Source of the DNA: Setoptus koraiensis
Lineage: Eukaryota > Animalia > Arthropoda
Reading direction: 5' to 3'
NCBI GenBank assembly: GCA_048013815.1
Contig: CM106586.1
Coordinates: 4,650,001-4,714,000, forward strand
DNA length: 64,000 nucleotides
Below are positions 61,401 through 64,000 of the stretch, in pieces (within the stretch, counting starts at the first letter, position 1; each line of letters starts with the position of its first letter). The notes beneath the pieces are model-generated. The model was not told where the DNA came from. It saw only the letters and a program-made list of their open reading frames with translations, and ran no database searches. The translations under genes were made by a program, and so were the position numbers.

Positions 61401-62359
61401 GTGCAAATTCACTCACAAAAAGCAATGCTTGTGAGCCGCAATTCCAATCAGCATCTGGCCGGGCGCGCACCAAATCCGCATAAGTCGAGTGTTTGTTTTG
61501 GCTGGCCTACACAATGTTTGCTGTAGCTAACGAGCCAACAACAAACATCATTCGCGAATAGCGATGAATGATAGACAATCTATGCACTAAATCTTATCTC
61601 GTGTGTGTTTTAATTTGCTGCTCGTTGGCGGCCATTCGCTGATTGTGTCGGCTCATTGCGGGCAAGGTGAGCCGACACAATCACCGTTTGGCCGTTAGAG
61701 CGGCCACTTGTTGCCCGTGTCTCGTTCTCTAGACAACCACCAGTCAGCTCGTTTTTGTTTGGCCCAAACGCAACCACACCGGCGACACCGACAACGACGT
61801 CTCGCCAAATTGCATTTGTGTCGGGCCAGCGCTTGCCCGTTAGCCGGCTAGTTTGCCAGTCAGTTGGCTCGCTTGTCAGAGATCTTAGATAAAGCTCACA
61901 TTTATAATGCCTGTGTCTTCGTTGGCAAGCTTGCCAACACACGCACGTGAGATAGCGTTTGTCGGAGTTTGAGGGTCGTCGGCGATTCAAATCAGCGGTG
62001 AGCGGCCACACAAATTGTTGCGCAACAATTGCACTGTCCACTCGCCGCTGCCATCATCAGCGCCACCGGGTCCAATGGGAGCTCCCAAAGTGAGTGCCAG
62101 TCGCGCTTGGGAGCTCCCTCGCTGGCTGAGCCTGAGAAGAAGGTGCTCCCAATTGGTCGAGTCCCACGTGCCCCGCGCGAAGAGCGAGTCAACTTGGCCC
62201 GCGCGAAAGTGTCGCCCGACTAAGTGATTGCGAGCCGGCCCGACTTGTCAGTGTTTAGTTACTAACAAGTGCAATTTGTTGCAACGAGTCGCCTACTCGG
62301 GCCGCGTTGCCTGAGAATTCTCATTTATTCTTATATTTTATTTTTTATTGCACTACTGC

Positions 62360-62875
62360 TAACGACCACAACAGCCACCACAACCACCGCAACCGCCACA
62401 ACAACCGCCACGCTGATGACGCTGACGACGGCGGCCACGACGACGACAACAACGACAACAACAACGACGACGACAACGACGACAACGACGACAACCACGA
62501 CAACCACGACAGTCCATTCAGTGTTGTCAACTTTGTGTGACAGTGAGATTATCCACTCATTGTTGCTGATCCCAGCGCCACTTTGCACTGCCCTCCACTG
62601 GCGAGCTAGCCTTGAATGAATATTCCCAACGAGCGCTTAACAAGCCATTATTCGCAGTAGTACAACAGCGAGCCGCTTGCCAAGACCGAAATAAGACACC
62701 TTGTCTTTTCAATGTTTTCGTCGCTGTCTTTGTAACTGTTTTATTCTCTGGCTGCTGCTTGCTCGTTGCCATGATCCAGTTCTTTGTCTGTCCTTTGCTG
62801 GCTCTGCTCGCCAATCGAGAACGAGTTGCGCCTCGATTGTTGTCGTCGTCGTTGTTGCCGTTGCTGCTGTTGTTT

Positions 62876-62916
<41 letters not shown>

Positions 62917-62990
62917 GCCGTTGTTGTTGTTGCCGTTGTTGTTGCTGTTGTTGCTGTTGCCGTGTTCGCTGTCGTTGTTGTGCTCGCTCA
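62360..62990. repeat. Trinucleotide low-complexity arrays ((AAC/GAC)n and (GTT)n)
   Basis: AAC/GAC-type array 62360-62510; GTT-type array 62840-62990 including a pure (GTT)n run ~62878-62917. Confidence 0.9.
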
Positions 62991-64000
62991 ACGGTAAGTG
63001 TATCGTAACATGCAACAACTGAAAAAAGAACTCCGCACAAACACACGCATTCTCGCTTTGTTGGGCATCCTTGATAATTGGCGCACAATTGAGCCAAATG
63101 AGAAATCAAATCAGATCAAATTGGGTCCGATTATGCGATTATTCAATGTCCATTTTCAATCAAATGGACATTGAATAATCGCGTTGCGACCATATCAACG
63201 AGTATGATCACAATTGAATTTGCCATTCATCTGGCTTGTGATAAATGTGCAATGTTGTGCTACAGCGCGTTATGTTGCCTTATTATTATGTTACATTGCA
63301 ATGTCCGTGTCATGACCACCAACGAGTGGCTTGCAGCTAGTTGTTGCATAGATAGTTGCATAAATTAACTGTGCACGTGTTGCACCGTGACCGCAACAAT
63401 TGGTTACATTATTGAATATACTGGTGATATATTGGTGATACATTAAACGGATAATACCTGCCACCAATGTAACAAGCTGCAAGCACAAATTGCAGTTAAC
63501 TGCATTTCGACTGCACAGATAGTAATTTTGACATTTTATCGCTAGATGTCTGATAGATATCTGATTTATTTGTTGGTCGTGTGCCATTTGGGATTGGGTC
63601 GCCATTGTCATTATCGGCCGGTGCCAGTGCTCTTCCTAGTGGCCCCATCTGTGACCGAAGCGACGCACAATCAATTATCAACATCGATTCGATTAACATC
63701 GTTCGATCGCAACGGGGGCCCCGTTGCGATAACACAATAATCGCGTATAATAATTGTAATTGCAATGATATGTTGCCACTCATATTATACATTATTGTAT
63801 ATTAGGGCTGATAAGGCTCACAAGCCATTACCAAATTGTCCAAATTGAGACCATGATCAATGTTGTAATCGATGGCACGATCAATGTTGCAGTCAATGGC
63901 ATGATTGGCCACAACATTGTTCGTCAGTGCGGTCACCGTTACCTAAAACGCTCATTGTTTTGCTTATCTTCGCTCACCTTGTCTGATACTGGCCTGGCCA

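Overview
Eukaryotic, arthropod-type nuclear DNA. The genes are intron-poor with short GT-AG introns, and AT-rich gene-dense blocks alternate with GC-richer, microsatellite-rich non-coding tracts. This most resembles a streamlined acariform, possibly eriophyoid, mite genome (inference). I can support about 16 protein-coding loci: a giant rifampicin-phosphotransferase/PEP-synthase-like enzyme (minus strand, missing from the supplied ORF track because it runs off the left edge), a DDE-less CENP-B/Tigger-derived protein, TMEM199/Vma12, an aralar-type mitochondrial carrier, a ZP-domain cuticlin-like protein, an orphan 2-TM protein, an orphan 3-exon secreted prepropeptide, Arl8, a DEG/ENaC channel, the HMG-box gene bbx, ArgRS, EIPR1/TSSC1, an HMG-less partial duplicate of bbx, ERLEC1, Su(dx)/WWP HECT ligase and ATAD3. 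I found no tRNA, rRNA, CRISPR array or intact transposon. The most interesting items are (1) the intron-containing RPH/YvkC/PigC-architecture phosphotransferase with a ~600-aa extra N-terminus, (2) the bbx duplicate that lost its DNA-binding box but shows synonymous-biased divergence around corepressor-like motifs, (3) repeated whole-module losses in neighbouring conserved proteins (carrier without EF-hands and C-terminal helix, Su(dx) without WW4, ERLEC1 with one MRH, ArgRS without its leucine zipper), and (4) an orphan secreted precursor with an RHKR cleavage site. Family assignments come from motif recognition by eye; no database search was run.
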